Source: Gimesia sp.
Lineage (GTDB): Bacteria; Planctomycetota; Planctomycetia; Planctomycetales; Planctomycetaceae
Reading direction: 5' to 3'
DNA: 64,000 nt
Assembly: GCF_048260065.1 (NCBI RefSeq)
Contig: NZ_JBLXHC010000014.1
Location: forward strand, 100,028 to 164,027
The notes beneath the pieces were generated by a model. That model was not told the DNA's origin, searched no databases, and was given only the letters and a program-made list of their open reading frames with translations. The first letter of the stretch is position 1. Every line of letters starts with the position of its first letter. Below are positions 35,418 to 46,326 of this stretch, one piece after another. The position numbers were made by a program, and so were the translations under genes.

Positions 35418-38039
35418 ATGAAAAAGTCTCAGACATTCCTGTTTGCTGTTGTTGTCACGATTTCTGCATTGACCGGCTCGCAAGCCAATGCAGAACTGAT
35501 TCTGGAAGTCTCGCCGGAAGGTTCTGTCCGCTCGCTGTCTGCTGCCCGCGATGAACTTCGCAAACGGCAGCCGCAAGAACCGACGCGCGTTGTCATCCAG
35601 GCGGGAACTTATTTCATTACAGAGCCGCTCGTTTTTACTCCCGAAGATTCAGGCACCGCGACTGCACCGATTACATATGAGGCAGCTCCCGGAAGCCGCC
35701 CGGTGATCTCAGGTGGAAAACCCATCACTGGTTTCAAACTCGAATCTGATGGCACCTGGTCTGTGAATGTTGATCCTGAATGGAAGTTCGAACAACTCTG
35801 GGTCAATGGAAAGCGGGCAATTCGCGCGCGAGAGCCCGATGAGTTTTTCTTCTACCTCCGCAATGGTCGGGAGAAAATGGGAACCACCGACGGACCCAAG
35901 CCAGGGAAGATTGCCCGACAGACGTTGTATGCAGATCCCGCGGACCTGGCTTCTTTAGCGAAGGTTCCGGAATCAGAGCGGGCGGGAGTGCAGGCTCTCT
36001 TCTTTCACAAGTGGGATAATACCCGAAAGTATCTGGACGGGTTCGATGTCAAAACGGGGAAACTTCTGACGTCTGGTCGGCAGATGAAACAGTGGAATCC
36101 GCTGACTCGAAATACGGCATATTTCCTGGAGAATTATCGCGCTGCCCTCGATTCTCCCGGAGAATGGTATCTGGCGCCGGGAGGCAAACTGCACTATGTT
36201 CCCCGGGAAGGGGAGACGCCTGAAAAAGCGGAGGCGTTTGCGCCGGTTGCTGAAAAATTACTGGTCCTGCAGGGAGATCCCGCTGCGGGAAAATTTGTCG
36301 AACATCTGACCTTTCGCGGACTCAGTTTTCGCCACACAGACTGGCGCACGCCACCCCAGGGGTTCGAACCTTCCCAGGCTGCATCTCCGATCGAAGCGGC
36401 AGTGATGATTGATGGCGGACGCGATCTGAAATTCGAAGATTGTGAAATTGGTCATGTCGCCACTTATGGACTCTGGTTTCGCAAGGGGTGTCGCGACAGT
36501 GTTGTCACCCACTGCGATCTGCACGATCTGGGGGCCGGCGGCGTGCGCGTCGGCGAAACCGGAATTGCTTCCAAAGAAGCCGAACGGACTGGCAAAATCA
36601 AGGTTGATAACAACCTGATTCGGCACGGAGGCCGCCTTTTTCCCTGTGCCGTTGGTGTGTGGATTGGTCAGTCCGGTGATAACACGGTAACACATAATGA
36701 GATTGCAGACTTCTATTATACGGGCATCTCAGTCGGTTGGCGCTGGGGCTACAGTGACAGCCTCGCTGTGCGAAACAAGGTTGAATTTAATCACATCCAT
36801 CATCTGGGCTGGGGCTGGCTCAGTGATATGGGAGGCGTCTATACCCTCGGACCTTCACCCGGTACGACCGTCAGTAATAATGTGATTCATGATATCCTCT
36901 CCTGGAGCTACGGCGGCTGGGGGCTCTACAATGACGAAGGGAGCACGGACATTGTGATGGAGAATAACCTGGTCTATCGCACTCGGTCGGGTGGATATCA
37001 CCAGCACTACGGTCGGAATAATCTGATCCGAAATAATATCTTTGCTTTCTCACGCGAATACCAGGTGAAACGCAGCCGGGTGGAGGAGCATCTCTCTTTC
37101 ACGTTCGAGCGGAACATTGTCGTGTTTGATTCCGGTGAACTGTTTCATGGAAGCTGGAAAGACAAGAATGTGAAACTGAATCACAATCTGTATTGGCGAA
37201 CGGATGGCAAGCCGATCGATTTTCAGGGAATGACGTTCGCTGAATGGAAGGCTATGGGGAAAGACCAGGGTTCGATCATTGCCGATCCCGGTTTCATTGA
37301 TCCGGCGAATGACAATTTTCATCTGATGAAAGATTCCCCCGCATTCAAAATCGGATTCGAACAATTCGACTATGAAAAAGCAGGCCTCTATGGAGACACT
37401 GACTGGACAACCCGCGCGGATTCACTGGACTTGCCGGAAATGAAAAATCCGCCGGCAACGCCTTTGCTGTCATTCGTTGAAGACTTCGAAGCAGGAGAAC
37501 TGCCGCCGAGTACATCCGTCAGTAAAGATGAAAAACGCGGCGGTGTCGAAGTCAGGGAAGTGAAGGGGGCTCCGTCCGGCTCTCAGGCTCTGAGAATGCT
37601 CGATACTCCGGGACAGAAGCATCGCTATCATCCGATGTTCGTGGTTTCACCGCATTATAGTGAAGGCGTCGGTCGCTGTGCGTTTGCCGTCAAACTGAGT
37701 TCCGCTGCCGTCTTTCAACATGAGTGGCGCGATCAATCCAACCCGTATCGCATTGGACCCACACTCTGGATTGAAAAAGGCAAGCTCAGCGCTGCAAACA
37801 GGAAAGATTTGCTGAACTTCCCGGTCGACCAGTGGGTGAACCTGGAAATCACGGCACCGCTGGGAGAGCAGGCGGGCAAATGGGATCTGACTGTGACTTT
37901 ACCGGGACAGAGGCCACGGCGTTACAAAAACCTGACCTGTGTTCATCCCGAGTGGAAGTCGCTCGACTGGCTGGGTTTTATCAGCCAGGGAGACCAGGAT
38001 GCTGAGATCTGGGTCGATGATCTTGAACTGTCGCAGTGA
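35418..38039 (+). CDS. Secreted right-handed parallel beta-helix repeat protein (putative polysaccharide-active enzyme)
   Basis: 873 aa with signal peptide [25 protein letters not shown]. Repetitive beta-helix-like segments ([44 protein letters not shown]). Confidence 0.6.
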   Translation: MKKSQTFLFAVVVTISALTGSQANAELILEVSPEGSVRSLSAARDELRKRQPQEPTRVVIQAGTYFITEPLVFTPEDSGTATAPITYEAAPGSRPVISGGKPITGFKLESDGTWSVNVDPEWKFEQLWVNGKRAIRAREPDEFFFYLRNGREKMGTTDGPKPGKIARQTLYADPADLASLAKVPESERAGVQALFFHKWDNTRKYLDGFDVKTGKLLTSGRQMKQWNPLTRNTAYFLENYRAALDSPGEWYLAPGGKLHYVPREGETPEKAEAFAPVAEKLLVLQGDPAAGKFVEHLTFRGLSFRHTDWRTPPQGFEPSQAASPIEAAVMIDGGRDLKFEDCEIGHVATYGLWFRKGCRDSVVTHCDLHDLGAGGVRVGETGIASKEAERTGKIKVDNNLIRHGGRLFPCAVGVWIGQSGDNTVTHNEIADFYYTGISVGWRWGYSDSLAVRNKVEFNHIHHLGWGWLSDMGGVYTLGPSPGTTVSNNVIHDILSWSYGGWGLYNDEGSTDIVMENNLVYRTRSGGYHQHYGRNNLIRNNIFAFSREYQVKRSRVEEHLSFTFERNIVVFDSGELFHGSWKDKNVKLNHNLYWRTDGKPIDFQGMTFAEWKAMGKDQGSIIADPGFIDPANDNFHLMKDSPAFKIGFEQFDYEKAGLYGDTDWTTRADSLDLPEMKNPPATPLLSFVEDFEAGELPPSTSVSKDEKRGGVEVREVKGAPSGSQALRMLDTPGQKHRYHPMFVVSPHYSEGVGRCAFAVKLSSAAVFQHEWRDQSNPYRIGPTLWIEKGKLSAANRKDLLNFPVDQWVNLEITAPLGEQAGKWDLTVTLPGQRPRRYKNLTCVHPEWKSLDWLGFISQGDQDAEIWVDDLELSQ

Positions 38040-38048
38040 GTGGAATCA

Positions 38049-38462
38049 ATGAACCGCATTTCATTTCTGATTCGGGTATTGTGGGCATCCCCCAATACTC
38101 TCATTGGTTTAATGATTGGCGGCGTGGGAATGTGCTTCGGCGGGCGGGCCCGGATTCAGGGACGGGCAATTGAGTTCTATGAGGGGGGCACGAAGTGGTT
38201 CATTCAGCGATTGCCCCATGGTCAGTTTACACTCGCATTGACGCTGGGGCATACGATACTCGGGCAGACTGATGCGTCCCTCGAGATTTCGCGAGCACAT
38301 GAACTGGTCCATGTCCGACAGTATGAGCGCTGGGGGCCGTTTATGCTGCCCGCTTATTATCTTTCGTCCATCTATATGTGGCTGTCTGGTCGTCGGTTTT
38401 ATCGCGATAATCCGTTTGAGCGAGAAGCTTATGACGCCGATGGCGGCGAACAGGATGTGTAA
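38049..38462 (+). CDS. Small hypothetical membrane-associated protein with an HExxH motif
   Basis: The ORF is open from a GTG at 38040, abutting the TGA (38037-38039) of the beta-helix gene. ATG at 38049. It has a hydrophobic N-terminus and AHELVHVRQYERWG. Confidence 0.55.
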   Translation: MNRISFLIRVLWASPNTLIGLMIGGVGMCFGGRARIQGRAIEFYEGGTKWFIQRLPHGQFTLALTLGHTILGQTDASLEISRAHELVHVRQYERWGPFMLPAYYLSSIYMWLSGRRFYRDNPFEREAYDADGGEQDV

Positions 38463-38559
38463 CAGACAGACTGAACTTTCCGCTCGATCCGTGTGTCAGG
38501 GTTGACATCGTGCAGGTGAAATCCAAATGAATCCAGTGAAAACCAGAGAGAGAACAGAC

Positions 38560-39270
38560 ATGTCCGATCCCATCGATCCCCATAAAATCGTCGTACTGAC
38601 CGGCGCGGGAATCAGTGCCGAGAGTGGATTACCGACGTTTCGCGATATGGGAGGTCTCTGGGAACAGTATGAAATTACCGAAGTGGCTTCACCCCAGGCA
38701 TGGGAAACGAATCCGCAACTGGTGCTCGATTTCTATAACGAACGGAGACGGAAAGCGGTTGCGGCTTTACCTAATGCGGCGCATCAGGCCCTGGCAGAAC
38801 TGGAGAGCCAATATGAGGTCGTCGTGATTACGCAGAATGTGGATGATCTCCATGAGCGCGGAGGTTCCAGCCATGTGATCCACGTGCATGGGGAACTGAT
38901 AAGAGCCCGCAGCACAGCAGATCCTGCTCTCATTTATGAAATTGGTGGAAAGGATATTCAACTCGGGGATCTCTGCGAACAGGGAGCCCAGTTAAGGCCG
39001 CACATTGTCTGGTTTGGAGAATTGATTCACAACTATGAAGTCGCAGCAGCACATGTGAGTGACGCTGGGAAAGTGCTCGTGGTCGGCACCTCGCTCTCGG
39101 TTTACCCGGCTGCCGGTCTGTTGACCAAAGCACGTTCGAGCGCGGAAAAACTGATTGTCAGCCCGGACCTGGAATCGGAGCCGGTCGCATTCCACTGGAT
39201 CAAAGGGACCGCGGTCGAACATGTGCCTCAGATCGTAAATCGCTGGCTGGCAGGCATGTCGGCCGTTTAA
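38560..39270 (+). CDS. cobB: NAD-dependent protein deacylase, Sir2 family
   Basis: VVLTGAGISAESGLPTFRDMGGLWE, QNVDDLHERGG, HGEL and VVGTSLSVYPAA are canonical sirtuin motifs. The ATG at 38560 (MSDPIDPHK) is preferred over 38527. Confidence 0.85.
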   Translation: MSDPIDPHKIVVLTGAGISAESGLPTFRDMGGLWEQYEITEVASPQAWETNPQLVLDFYNERRRKAVAALPNAAHQALAELESQYEVVVITQNVDDLHERGGSSHVIHVHGELIRARSTADPALIYEIGGKDIQLGDLCEQGAQLRPHIVWFGELIHNYEVAAAHVSDAGKVLVVGTSLSVYPAAGLLTKARSSAEKLIVSPDLESEPVAFHWIKGTAVEHVPQIVNRWLAGMSAV

Positions 39271-39400
39271 TTCGTGTTTAGTGATACGGCGCATTCCTGT
39301 TTTGTGGAAATAACGCTGTCTAAGCCGAATGCTTCCAGGCAAGCTTGCAGAGGGGGACGAGAAACAAAACAGCCGTTTTCTCATCACTGAGACACGCTGC

Positions 39401-40561
39401 TTACCAGCGAAAACTGGCAAGCAGCGGATGTTGATCTGGCATGTCGTCCGGTTGAACCACGTAGGGAGTTCCCCCGTGTCGGTATGTGTTCCGGATGGCC
39501 CGGTTGAGTAGCGCGATATCGCCAGATTCCGGCTGGGCATGTGTTTTTATTAATTCACCATCCCCAGGTGGTTGCCCCCAGAGTTCTGATCCGAGGGGGG
39601 TAAACAGCGTTTCGACACGCCCCTGTTCAGCAGCCTGCAGGATTTCTTCCAGTTGATGCGAAATGCGAGAGGTTCCCAGCTGTTTCTGAAACCGCTCACG
39701 AGCTTTATGCAGAGAAGTCTTGAAGTGTGACTCAACGACTGGCAATGCAAGTTCTACCAGTTCGCGTGCGCTGAGCTGGTCCGGCGAAGTGGCTATTCCT
39801 TCCGGTAACAGTTGATTTCCATGGAAGTGCTTGCGAAACAGATTCTGCTGTTTTTCCGCACAGACAAGAACCAGAGGAGGCGCATTGTTTTCCAGGTAGT
39901 TTTCCAGTTGCCTGGTGAGCAGTTGATAGTAATCTGTCAGGACTTTTTCATTCTGTTCTTTCGTCAGACCATGTCCGTGTTGCATCCCGGCGAAATCTCC
40001 ACCAGGGCCTGCGGAAGCTGTGCTGTGATACTGCAAGGATTCTTCGAACTCAATGCCCTGCGTAAACTCTTCCAGATTTGCGGGGATATTTTCAGGTAAT
40101 TCGACTTCTTTGAATTCACCATTCTGATGGCGGATCATCCGGATCGATTTCGGACAGATCGCGAGCAGATGAAATCGATCGTCTTCAAAGACTTTATAGA
40201 ATAAGGGGCTGAGATAAAAAGTATTATCCACGGACATCATTTCAGGGCATTGAAAGGGGAGGTCATACTGATGAAAAACTCCCGGAGCGATCAGCAGGCA
40301 AAGACCCTGTGCGGACCCCTGTTTCCAGAAGACGGGATCATTTTGCAGCATACGCGCCGGTTTCAGAAACTGATGCGCTTCCGCAGTGCCGAGCCCCATT
40401 TGCTGTAGCGTTGTTTCCGCATCATCTAACATGTTCCGCAACTCAATGGAATCCTGTCCCAGTTCTGAGACTGCCTGATGTCGAGGGAGATATAGGGAAA
40501 CGCATGGGCCCTGTTCCCATTCGGTGAGGGTTTTGAGCTCATCAAGTGTTAATGTCTGCAT
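39401..40561 (-). CDS. Hypothetical protein, probably of the bacterial eRF1-like (baeRF) family
   Basis: 386 aa. The N-terminal pattern L..L.....PCVSLYLP.H, the central FHQYDLP, and the C-terminal GGTPYVV...MP...LASFRW match my recollection of baeRF-type proteins. Not verified by search. Confidence 0.45.
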   Translation of the reverse strand: MQTLTLDELKTLTEWEQGPCVSLYLPRHQAVSELGQDSIELRNMLDDAETTLQQMGLGTAEAHQFLKPARMLQNDPVFWKQGSAQGLCLLIAPGVFHQYDLPFQCPEMMSVDNTFYLSPLFYKVFEDDRFHLLAICPKSIRMIRHQNGEFKEVELPENIPANLEEFTQGIEFEESLQYHSTASAGPGGDFAGMQHGHGLTKEQNEKVLTDYYQLLTRQLENYLENNAPPLVLVCAEKQQNLFRKHFHGNQLLPEGIATSPDQLSARELVELALPVVESHFKTSLHKARERFQKQLGTSRISHQLEEILQAAEQGRVETLFTPLGSELWGQPPGDGELIKTHAQPESGDIALLNRAIRNTYRHGGTPYVVQPDDMPDQHPLLASFRW

Positions 40562-40884
40562 CGAACTCTCCTTGTTGATTAATTTCTTGTGAACCTGATT
40601 CGCAGTTGAGGATTTTCAGAAATTTCGTTTTAAACAGGCTGATCTTCACAGAGTCTGCCTGCGCGATTCAGTTTATATCCGTGAATCGATGTTGCAATCA
40701 GGAGAGCAGGGTGATCCGAGATGGGATGATGTCGTGTTTTTAGATGGGGAAATTCCCGATGTCAGTCGGGAACCGGATTCAGGGAATCAATCCAGAATTC
40801 TGGTCGCTAGACGATCCTCAACAGGCAGGTTAGAATCAAAGCGTCTTGTCCTATTATGTTTTGCGAACTGACTGAGAGGCTGCA

Positions 40885-41388
40885 ATGGAGATTCAACAGC
40901 TTCAGGAACATCTGCAACAACTTCGTTTTACTTCCGGTTTGTCGGCAGAGGAACTGCAGCAGCTGGCTGCCATCTCCCGTTTTCAGGTTTATGCCCATAA
41001 TGCGACGATCTTTACGGAAGGAACCGCGCATCGGGATCTTTATATCATTCTCAGCGGTCGCGTTGAGATCTGCATGACCATTCCCGCTCGTGGCTGTTTG
41101 CCTGTTTTGACTTTGGAAGAGGGGGATCTGGTTGGCTGGTCCTCCTTTCTCAAACAGGGAGAGATGACCGCGACCGTGGTTGCAGTGGAGGAGACCCGTC
41201 TGATTGCCATCGACGCCGATGACCTGGCCGCTTTATGCGATGAGGACCACGATATCGGTTACCAGATGATGCGACGGGTGGCGCTGGCGTTATCTCAACG
41301 ACTGGTTGCCAGTCGTCTGCAGGTGCTCGATCTATATGCTGTTGCTGAAGAAGCACATCCTCTGAAGCAGGGAGGCACAAATGAGTGA
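40885..41388 (+). CDS. Stand-alone cyclic-nucleotide-binding (CNB) domain protein, first gene of the hydrogenase operon
   Basis: 167 aa. A beta-roll pattern (ATIFTEGTAHRDLYIILSGRVEI ... LEEGDLVGW ... ATVVAVEETRLIAIDADDL) is followed by a C-helix. No HTH domain. Its stop overlaps the next start by 8 nt. Confidence 0.75.
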   Translation: MEIQQLQEHLQQLRFTSGLSAEELQQLAAISRFQVYAHNATIFTEGTAHRDLYIILSGRVEICMTIPARGCLPVLTLEEGDLVGWSSFLKQGEMTATVVAVEETRLIAIDADDLAALCDEDHDIGYQMMRRVALALSQRLVASRLQVLDLYAVAEEAHPLKQGGTNE

Positions 41389-42505
41389 ATCTCTGCAGAC
41401 AGGCGACGTTCAAACACGCTTTTTAAAGCTGGATGAATTTGCCCGTCTCTTCGAAGTGCTGATTTCCCGCGGTTATGAAGTGATCGGACCGACAATTGAC
41501 CAGGAAGCCATCGTCTACGGTCCGCTGTCATCGATTGATGATTTACCGCGTGGCTGGACCGATCAGCAGGAGCCAGGCAGATACCGACTGGTGAAACGCG
41601 ATGATAATGCATTCTTTGGTTACGTAGTTGGTCCGAGTTCCTGGAAGAAACAACTGTTTCCACCGGTCGCCACACTGACGCGCGCCGACCGAACCGAGGA
41701 AGGCTGGCAGTTTCAGGAGGTAGAAGAAGAAACGCCCCGCTATGCATTCCTGGGGGTTCGTGCCTGTGAACTGGCTGCCATGAAGATCCAGGATCGTGTT
41801 TTCACGGGGGGACCCTATACTGATTCGATCTACGATCAGCGTCGCAGGCAGGCACTGGTCATCGCCGTGAATTGTACTCAGGCCGCTTCGACCTGTTTTT
41901 GCACTTCGATGCAGACCGGTCCCCGCTGTAAAACAGGATTTGATCTGGCACTCACAGAATTATCTGACGGCTTTCTGGTGGAAGTGGGAACTGCAGTCGG
42001 TGCCGAGATTCTGCAGGACCTGGATACGGGAGACATTTCGCCTGAACAGGAAACGCGGGCAGATGCAGCGCGGCAGCAGGCCGTCGACCAGATTGAGCGA
42101 AGGTTTGATACGACGGATCTCAAGGATCTGCTGCTGTCCAACCTGGAGCATCCCCAGTGGGATGATGTGGCAGAACGCTGTCTATCCTGCACGAACTGTA
42201 CGATGGTCTGTCCGACCTGTTTCTGCAGTTCCGTCGAAGAAGTCAGTGATCTGACGGGCGAGCATGTGGAACGGCAGAGGCAATGGGACTCCTGTTTTAA
42301 TCTGGATTTCAGTTACATGAACGGAGGACTGGTTCGTAACCGGATTCGCAATCGTTATCGGCAGTGGTTAACACATAAACTGGCAACCTGGATCGATCAG
42401 TTCGGCACATCAGGGTGCGTCGGTTGTGGGCGCTGTATTACGTGGTGTCCTGTCGGTATCGATCTGACACAGGAAGTGCACGCGATACGGGAATCGCAGT
42501 CATGA
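41381..42505 (+). CDS. hyhB: Group-3b-type [NiFe]-hydrogenase beta subunit (AsrA-like 4Fe-4S protein)
   Basis: 374 aa with [16 protein letters not shown] and [15 protein letters not shown] clusters. Its position and order match the sulfhydrogenase beta-gamma-delta-alpha arrangement. Confidence 0.75.
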   Translation: MSESLQTGDVQTRFLKLDEFARLFEVLISRGYEVIGPTIDQEAIVYGPLSSIDDLPRGWTDQQEPGRYRLVKRDDNAFFGYVVGPSSWKKQLFPPVATLTRADRTEEGWQFQEVEEETPRYAFLGVRACELAAMKIQDRVFTGGPYTDSIYDQRRRQALVIAVNCTQAASTCFCTSMQTGPRCKTGFDLALTELSDGFLVEVGTAVGAEILQDLDTGDISPEQETRADAARQQAVDQIERRFDTTDLKDLLLSNLEHPQWDDVAERCLSCTNCTMVCPTCFCSSVEEVSDLTGEHVERQRQWDSCFNLDFSYMNGGLVRNRIRNRYRQWLTHKLATWIDQFGTSGCVGCGRCITWCPVGIDLTQEVHAIRESQS

Positions 42506-43368
42506 ATTCAATCGTTGGAAAACAGACTGAGAAACCAGCCAGCTTCTGGGTCGCAAAAACGGCGGTCATCCGTGAGATCACTGCGGAAGTCAGCGGGGTC
42601 GCCACGTACCGACTGTCGCTGACCGATGCGGTCGCTGCGCAGTCGTATCGTTTTGAACCCGGTCAGTTTAACATGCTGTATCTTCCCGGCGCGGGAGAAT
42701 CGGCGATTTCCATGAGCGGAGATCCGGCTGACTGTGAGACCCTGCTGCATACGATTCGAGTTGCTGGCAATGTGACGCGTGGAATCGCTGCGTTAAAAAC
42801 AGGAGATTCCCTGGGACTGCGCGGGCCTTTTGGTACCAGTTGGCCGCGTGAAGACTGTCGGGGAAAAAATGTTGTTCTGGTAGCCGGTGGAATCGGACTG
42901 CCTCCGTTGCGTCCCTTAATCTATCAACTGCTGGCGCAGAGAGACGATTATGGGAGTCTGCATTTATTGTACGGCGCGCGTACGCCTGAGATGCGGGTCT
43001 ATACGCGGGAGTATGAACGCTGGCAAGCGGGGGGGCTGGACATCAGAGAAACCGTAGATCGTTCGAGCCCCGGCTGGCGCGGAAATGTGGGAGTGGTGCC
43101 TCAGTTACTGGAACGGCTTTCCAGATTTGATCCTGCTCAGACGATTCTATTGATCTGTGGTCCGGATCTGATGATGCGTTTTACGGCCCGTGTTGCACTT
43201 CAGCGGGGATTGACCAGCGAGCAGATCTGGGTTTCGACCGAACGAAATATGCAGTGTGCGGTTGGTTTATGTGGTCATTGTCAGCTGGGACCGGAATTCA
43301 TCTGTAAGGATGGGCCGGTCTTCCGCTACGATCAGATTTCACCCTATTTGAAAGTGGAAGGACTCTGA
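42502..43368 (+). CDS. hyhG: Group-3b-type [NiFe]-hydrogenase gamma subunit (FAD/NAD(P)-binding, 2Fe-2S, AsrB-like)
   Basis: The ATG at 42502 overlaps the upstream TGA (ATGA). Motifs: [28 protein letters not shown]-terminal [12 protein letters not shown]. Confidence 0.75.
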   Translation: MNSIVGKQTEKPASFWVAKTAVIREITAEVSGVATYRLSLTDAVAAQSYRFEPGQFNMLYLPGAGESAISMSGDPADCETLLHTIRVAGNVTRGIAALKTGDSLGLRGPFGTSWPREDCRGKNVVLVAGGIGLPPLRPLIYQLLAQRDDYGSLHLLYGARTPEMRVYTREYERWQAGGLDIRETVDRSSPGWRGNVGVVPQLLERLSRFDPAQTILLICGPDLMMRFTARVALQRGLTSEQIWVSTERNMQCAVGLCGHCQLGPEFICKDGPVFRYDQISPYLKVEGL

Positions 43369-43370
43369 GC

Positions 43371-44171
43371 GTGGGAAAACCCAGACTGGCCGTTTTCAAA
43401 TTTGCTTCCTGTGATGGTTGCCAGCTCTCTCTGCTGGATGCCGAGGATCAGCTGTTGTCCGTCGCTGATGCAGTGGAGATTGTCTATTTTCCCGAAGCCA
43501 CCAGTCGCATGGAAGCGGGGCCGTATGATATTGCATTGATTGAGGGATCTGTGACGACGCCTCACGATGCAGACCGGATCCAGCAGATTCGTAGAGACTC
43601 CCGCTTTCTGATGACCATCGGTGCCTGTGCGACTTCTGGAGGCATCCAGGCTTTGAGAAACAGTGCCGATTCTGCTGAGTTCATGCAGGCTGTTTATGCC
43701 AGTCCTGAATACATCCAGGTATTAGAACGATCAACGCCCATCGCGGATCATGTGCCTGTTGACTTTGAATTGCGAGGCTGTCCAATCAATCAATATCAGC
43801 TGATTGAAGTCATTCAATCATTGCTGGCCGGACGGACGCCGCGCACTCCCGGGCACAGTGTCTGCCTGGATTGTAAACGCCGCGGAACCGTGTGTGTGAC
43901 GGTGGCTCAGGGAATTGCCTGTCTGGGACCTGTGACGCAGTCGGGGTGTAATGCGCTTTGTCCGAGTTACAACCGGGGGTGTTACGGGTGTTTTGGTCCA
44001 GCCTCGCAGGCCAATCTGGTGAGCCTGACTTCACAGATGGAACAGGAGGGGGCCACGAAACAGGAAATTTCAAACAGCCTGCAGAATTTCAACAATAATG
44101 CCCCCGCATTTCGTGAGGAAAGCCGGCGTTTACAGGACAGGACCGGAACGGGGAGCCAGACTGATGAGTGA
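43371..44171 (+). CDS. hyhS: [NiFe]-hydrogenase small (delta) subunit, group 3 type
   Basis: GTG start. [21 protein letters not shown] and IEGSVTT are typical of cytosolic group-3 small subunits. Cys-rich C-terminus: [11 protein letters not shown]...[19 protein letters not shown]. Confidence 0.85.
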   Translation: MGKPRLAVFKFASCDGCQLSLLDAEDQLLSVADAVEIVYFPEATSRMEAGPYDIALIEGSVTTPHDADRIQQIRRDSRFLMTIGACATSGGIQALRNSADSAEFMQAVYASPEYIQVLERSTPIADHVPVDFELRGCPINQYQLIEVIQSLLAGRTPRTPGHSVCLDCKRRGTVCVTVAQGIACLGPVTQSGCNALCPSYNRGCYGCFGPASQANLVSLTSQMEQEGATKQEISNSLQNFNNNAPAFREESRRLQDRTGTGSQTDE

Positions 44172-45456
44172 CCGCAGGATCAAGGTGGAAACGTTGACCC
44201 GGGTCGAGGGAGAAGGGGGGCTGTTCATCCGCATGAGTGGTGAAACGGTTGAAGAAGTCCGCCTGGAAATTTATGAACCGCCCCGTTTGTTTGAAGCGTT
44301 ACTACGGGGACGACCGCTCGAAGACGCGCCGGATATCACAGCCCGTATCTGTGGCATCTGTCCGGTGGCGTACCAGATGAGCAGTGTGCATGCTCTGGAG
44401 TCTGCATTGGAAGTGACTGTTTCCCCGGAGATCCGCCGCTTGCGTCGACTGCTTTATTGTGGCGAATGGATTGAAAGTCATGGCCTGCATATGCATTTAC
44501 TGCATGCCCCCGATTTTCTGGGCTTCGAGAGCGGACTGGAAATGGCGAAGCAGTTTCCCGACGAGGTCAATCGTGGATTGAGACTCAAAAAACATGGCAA
44601 TCAGCTGGTCGATCTGCTGGGAGGCAGGGCCATTCATCCGGTGAATGTCTGCGTGGGGGGCTTCTATCGTTTTCCCCGCCGGGATGAATTTCAGAAACTG
44701 ATCCCGGATTTTGAATGGGGCCTGAACGCTGCGCTGGAGACCACACGCTGGGTGGCTGGTTTTGAATTTCCGGAAATGGAATCTGATTGCGAATTTGTCT
44801 CGCTGTCGCATCCTGATGAATATCCAATGAATGCCGGCGAAATGAAATCCAGTCGGGGAGATGTGATTGAAGTCGAACAGTACGAAGCGGAATTCGAAGA
44901 GCGGCAGGTGCCACACTCGACCGCATTGCAGGCCTTCCGAAAGTCGACGGGGCGTCCTTATCTGCTGGGGCCGTTATCGCGTATCAACCTGAATCGGGAG
45001 CAACTGTTTCCACAGGCGCGCAGGCTGGCAGACGAAATCGGTTTCGAACCGGTCTGTCGAAATCCGCATAAAGCGATTATCGCACGCGGGCTGGAACTCG
45101 TTCACGCCTATGAGGAAGCGTTAGCAATCCTGCGCGATCAGCATCCGACTGGTAAACCGAGAGAATCATATGCGCCGCAGGTGGGAACTGGAAAGTCAGC
45201 GACGGAAGCACCACGGGGAACGCTGTATCATCGCTATGAAATTGATGATCAGGGCAAGATCGTAGAGGCCTGTATTGTTCCGCCCACTTCACAGAATCAG
45301 GCCCAGATTGAAGTCGAGCTGAAGCATCTGGTATCTGAGTTTATTGATCGAGAGGAAGCAGATCTGGCGCGACAATGCGAAAATCTGGTGAGAGCCTATG
45401 ACCCCTGTATCAGTTGTTCGACTCATTTTCTCAAAGTCACAGTCGATCGACGGTAA
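44164..45456 (+). CDS. hyhL: [NiFe]-hydrogenase large (alpha) subunit, group 3b type
   Basis: The ATG at 44164 overlaps the small-subunit stop by 8 nt. N-terminal metal motif [11 protein letters not shown]-terminal DPCISCSTH followed by a 9-aa cleavable tail. About 430 aa. Confidence 0.9.
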   Translation: MSDRRIKVETLTRVEGEGGLFIRMSGETVEEVRLEIYEPPRLFEALLRGRPLEDAPDITARICGICPVAYQMSSVHALESALEVTVSPEIRRLRRLLYCGEWIESHGLHMHLLHAPDFLGFESGLEMAKQFPDEVNRGLRLKKHGNQLVDLLGGRAIHPVNVCVGGFYRFPRRDEFQKLIPDFEWGLNAALETTRWVAGFEFPEMESDCEFVSLSHPDEYPMNAGEMKSSRGDVIEVEQYEAEFEERQVPHSTALQAFRKSTGRPYLLGPLSRINLNREQLFPQARRLADEIGFEPVCRNPHKAIIARGLELVHAYEEALAILRDQHPTGKPRESYAPQVGTGKSATEAPRGTLYHRYEIDDQGKIVEACIVPPTSQNQAQIEVELKHLVSEFIDREEADLARQCENLVRAYDPCISCSTHFLKVTVDRR

Positions 45457-45479
45457 GAGTCGGCAGGAAGGACGAGGGA

Positions 45480-45962
45480 ATGAACAACGGGGCACAAATC
45501 ATGGTTGCGGGAATTGGCAGTCCGCACGGTGACGATCAGGCGGGCTGGGAAGTGGCCCGACAGATTGAACGGCGCGGGTTGACACACGTTCGTGTGAAAC
45601 TGGCACGTACGCCGGCTGATTTACTGGACTGGATTGAGACCGGTATGGATATCGTGATTTGTGATGCCTGTCGGGGAGCCGGTGCAGCGGGGAGTGTGCA
45701 TCACTGGGAGTGGCCGTGCGGTCAACTGCATGAGATTCGCTGGTCGGGCACGCATCAGATGTCACTCGTAGGAGTTCTCGCGCTGGCAGAACAGTTGGGA
45801 AAACACCCGGAGCATGTGCAGATTTATGGTATCGAACTGCAGTCAGATCATTCCGAAGAAACGGTTTCAGACATTGTGCAGTCAGGAGTGATCGCTGCTG
45901 TCGAATCGATCTGCGAGAATTTGAATCACTCTGTCAGACAGGGGGAGATGGAACATGCATGA
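45480..45962 (+). CDS. Hydrogenase maturation endopeptidase (HyaD/HoxW/HycI family)
   Basis: IMVAGIGSPHGDDQAGWEV and CDACRGAG fit the family. The internal ATG at 45480 follows the large-subunit stop. Confidence 0.8.
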   Translation: MNNGAQIMVAGIGSPHGDDQAGWEVARQIERRGLTHVRVKLARTPADLLDWIETGMDIVICDACRGAGAAGSVHHWEWPCGQLHEIRWSGTHQMSLVGVLALAEQLGKHPEHVQIYGIELQSDHSEETVSDIVQSGVIAAVESICENLNHSVRQGEMEHA

Positions 45963-46326
45963 ACGTTCTCTGGTTCAGAATCTGTTGAAACAGGTCAGGC
46001 AGATCGTCGCCGATCAGGGGGGCGGTCGTGTATCGGAAATCTGTGTCCAGGCAGGTGAAATGTCGGGGGTCGAACCGCTGTTGTTTGCCTCCGCATTTGA
46101 GGAGATGGTCGTGGATGTGTTTTCCGCGGAGTGCCGATTGAAACTGGATCTGGTTTCCGTCACGGCTGTTTGTACTCACTGTCAGCATCAGTTTGAAGTC
46201 GTTGATTTCCAGTTTCACTGCCCTGAATGTCAGTCAGGAACCGTTGATGTCATTCAGGGGGATGGCCTGCAACTGATGAGTATCACGATGGAGTCCATTG
46301 ATTCCCATGAAGGAGTGTCAGCATGA
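45955..46326 (+). CDS. hypA: Hydrogenase nickel-insertion protein HypA
   Basis: The protein starts MHE.S. Zinc-finger pairs: CTHCQHQF and HCPECQSG. 123 aa. Confidence 0.85.
   Translation: MHERSLVQNLLKQVRQIVADQGGGRVSEICVQAGEMSGVEPLLFASAFEEMVVDVFSAECRLKLDLVSVTAVCTHCQHQFEVVDFQFHCPECQSGTVDVIQGDGLQLMSITMESIDSHEGVSA

Noticed and set aside
40588-40604. CRP/FNR-like site TGTGAacctgaTTCGC upstream of the hydrogenase operon. A 7-bp inverted repeat ttcccga-N6-tcgggaa lies at 40753-40772.
   Set aside because: Only one half-site matches the TGTGA-N6-TCACA consensus. The short hairpin could arise by chance. There is not enough support to call an operator.
45400-45426. Possible selenocysteine ([NiFeSe]) in the C-terminal metal motif of the hydrogenase large subunit.
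   Set aside because: The motif reads DPCISCSTH with ordinary Cys codons (TGT) and no in-frame TGA.
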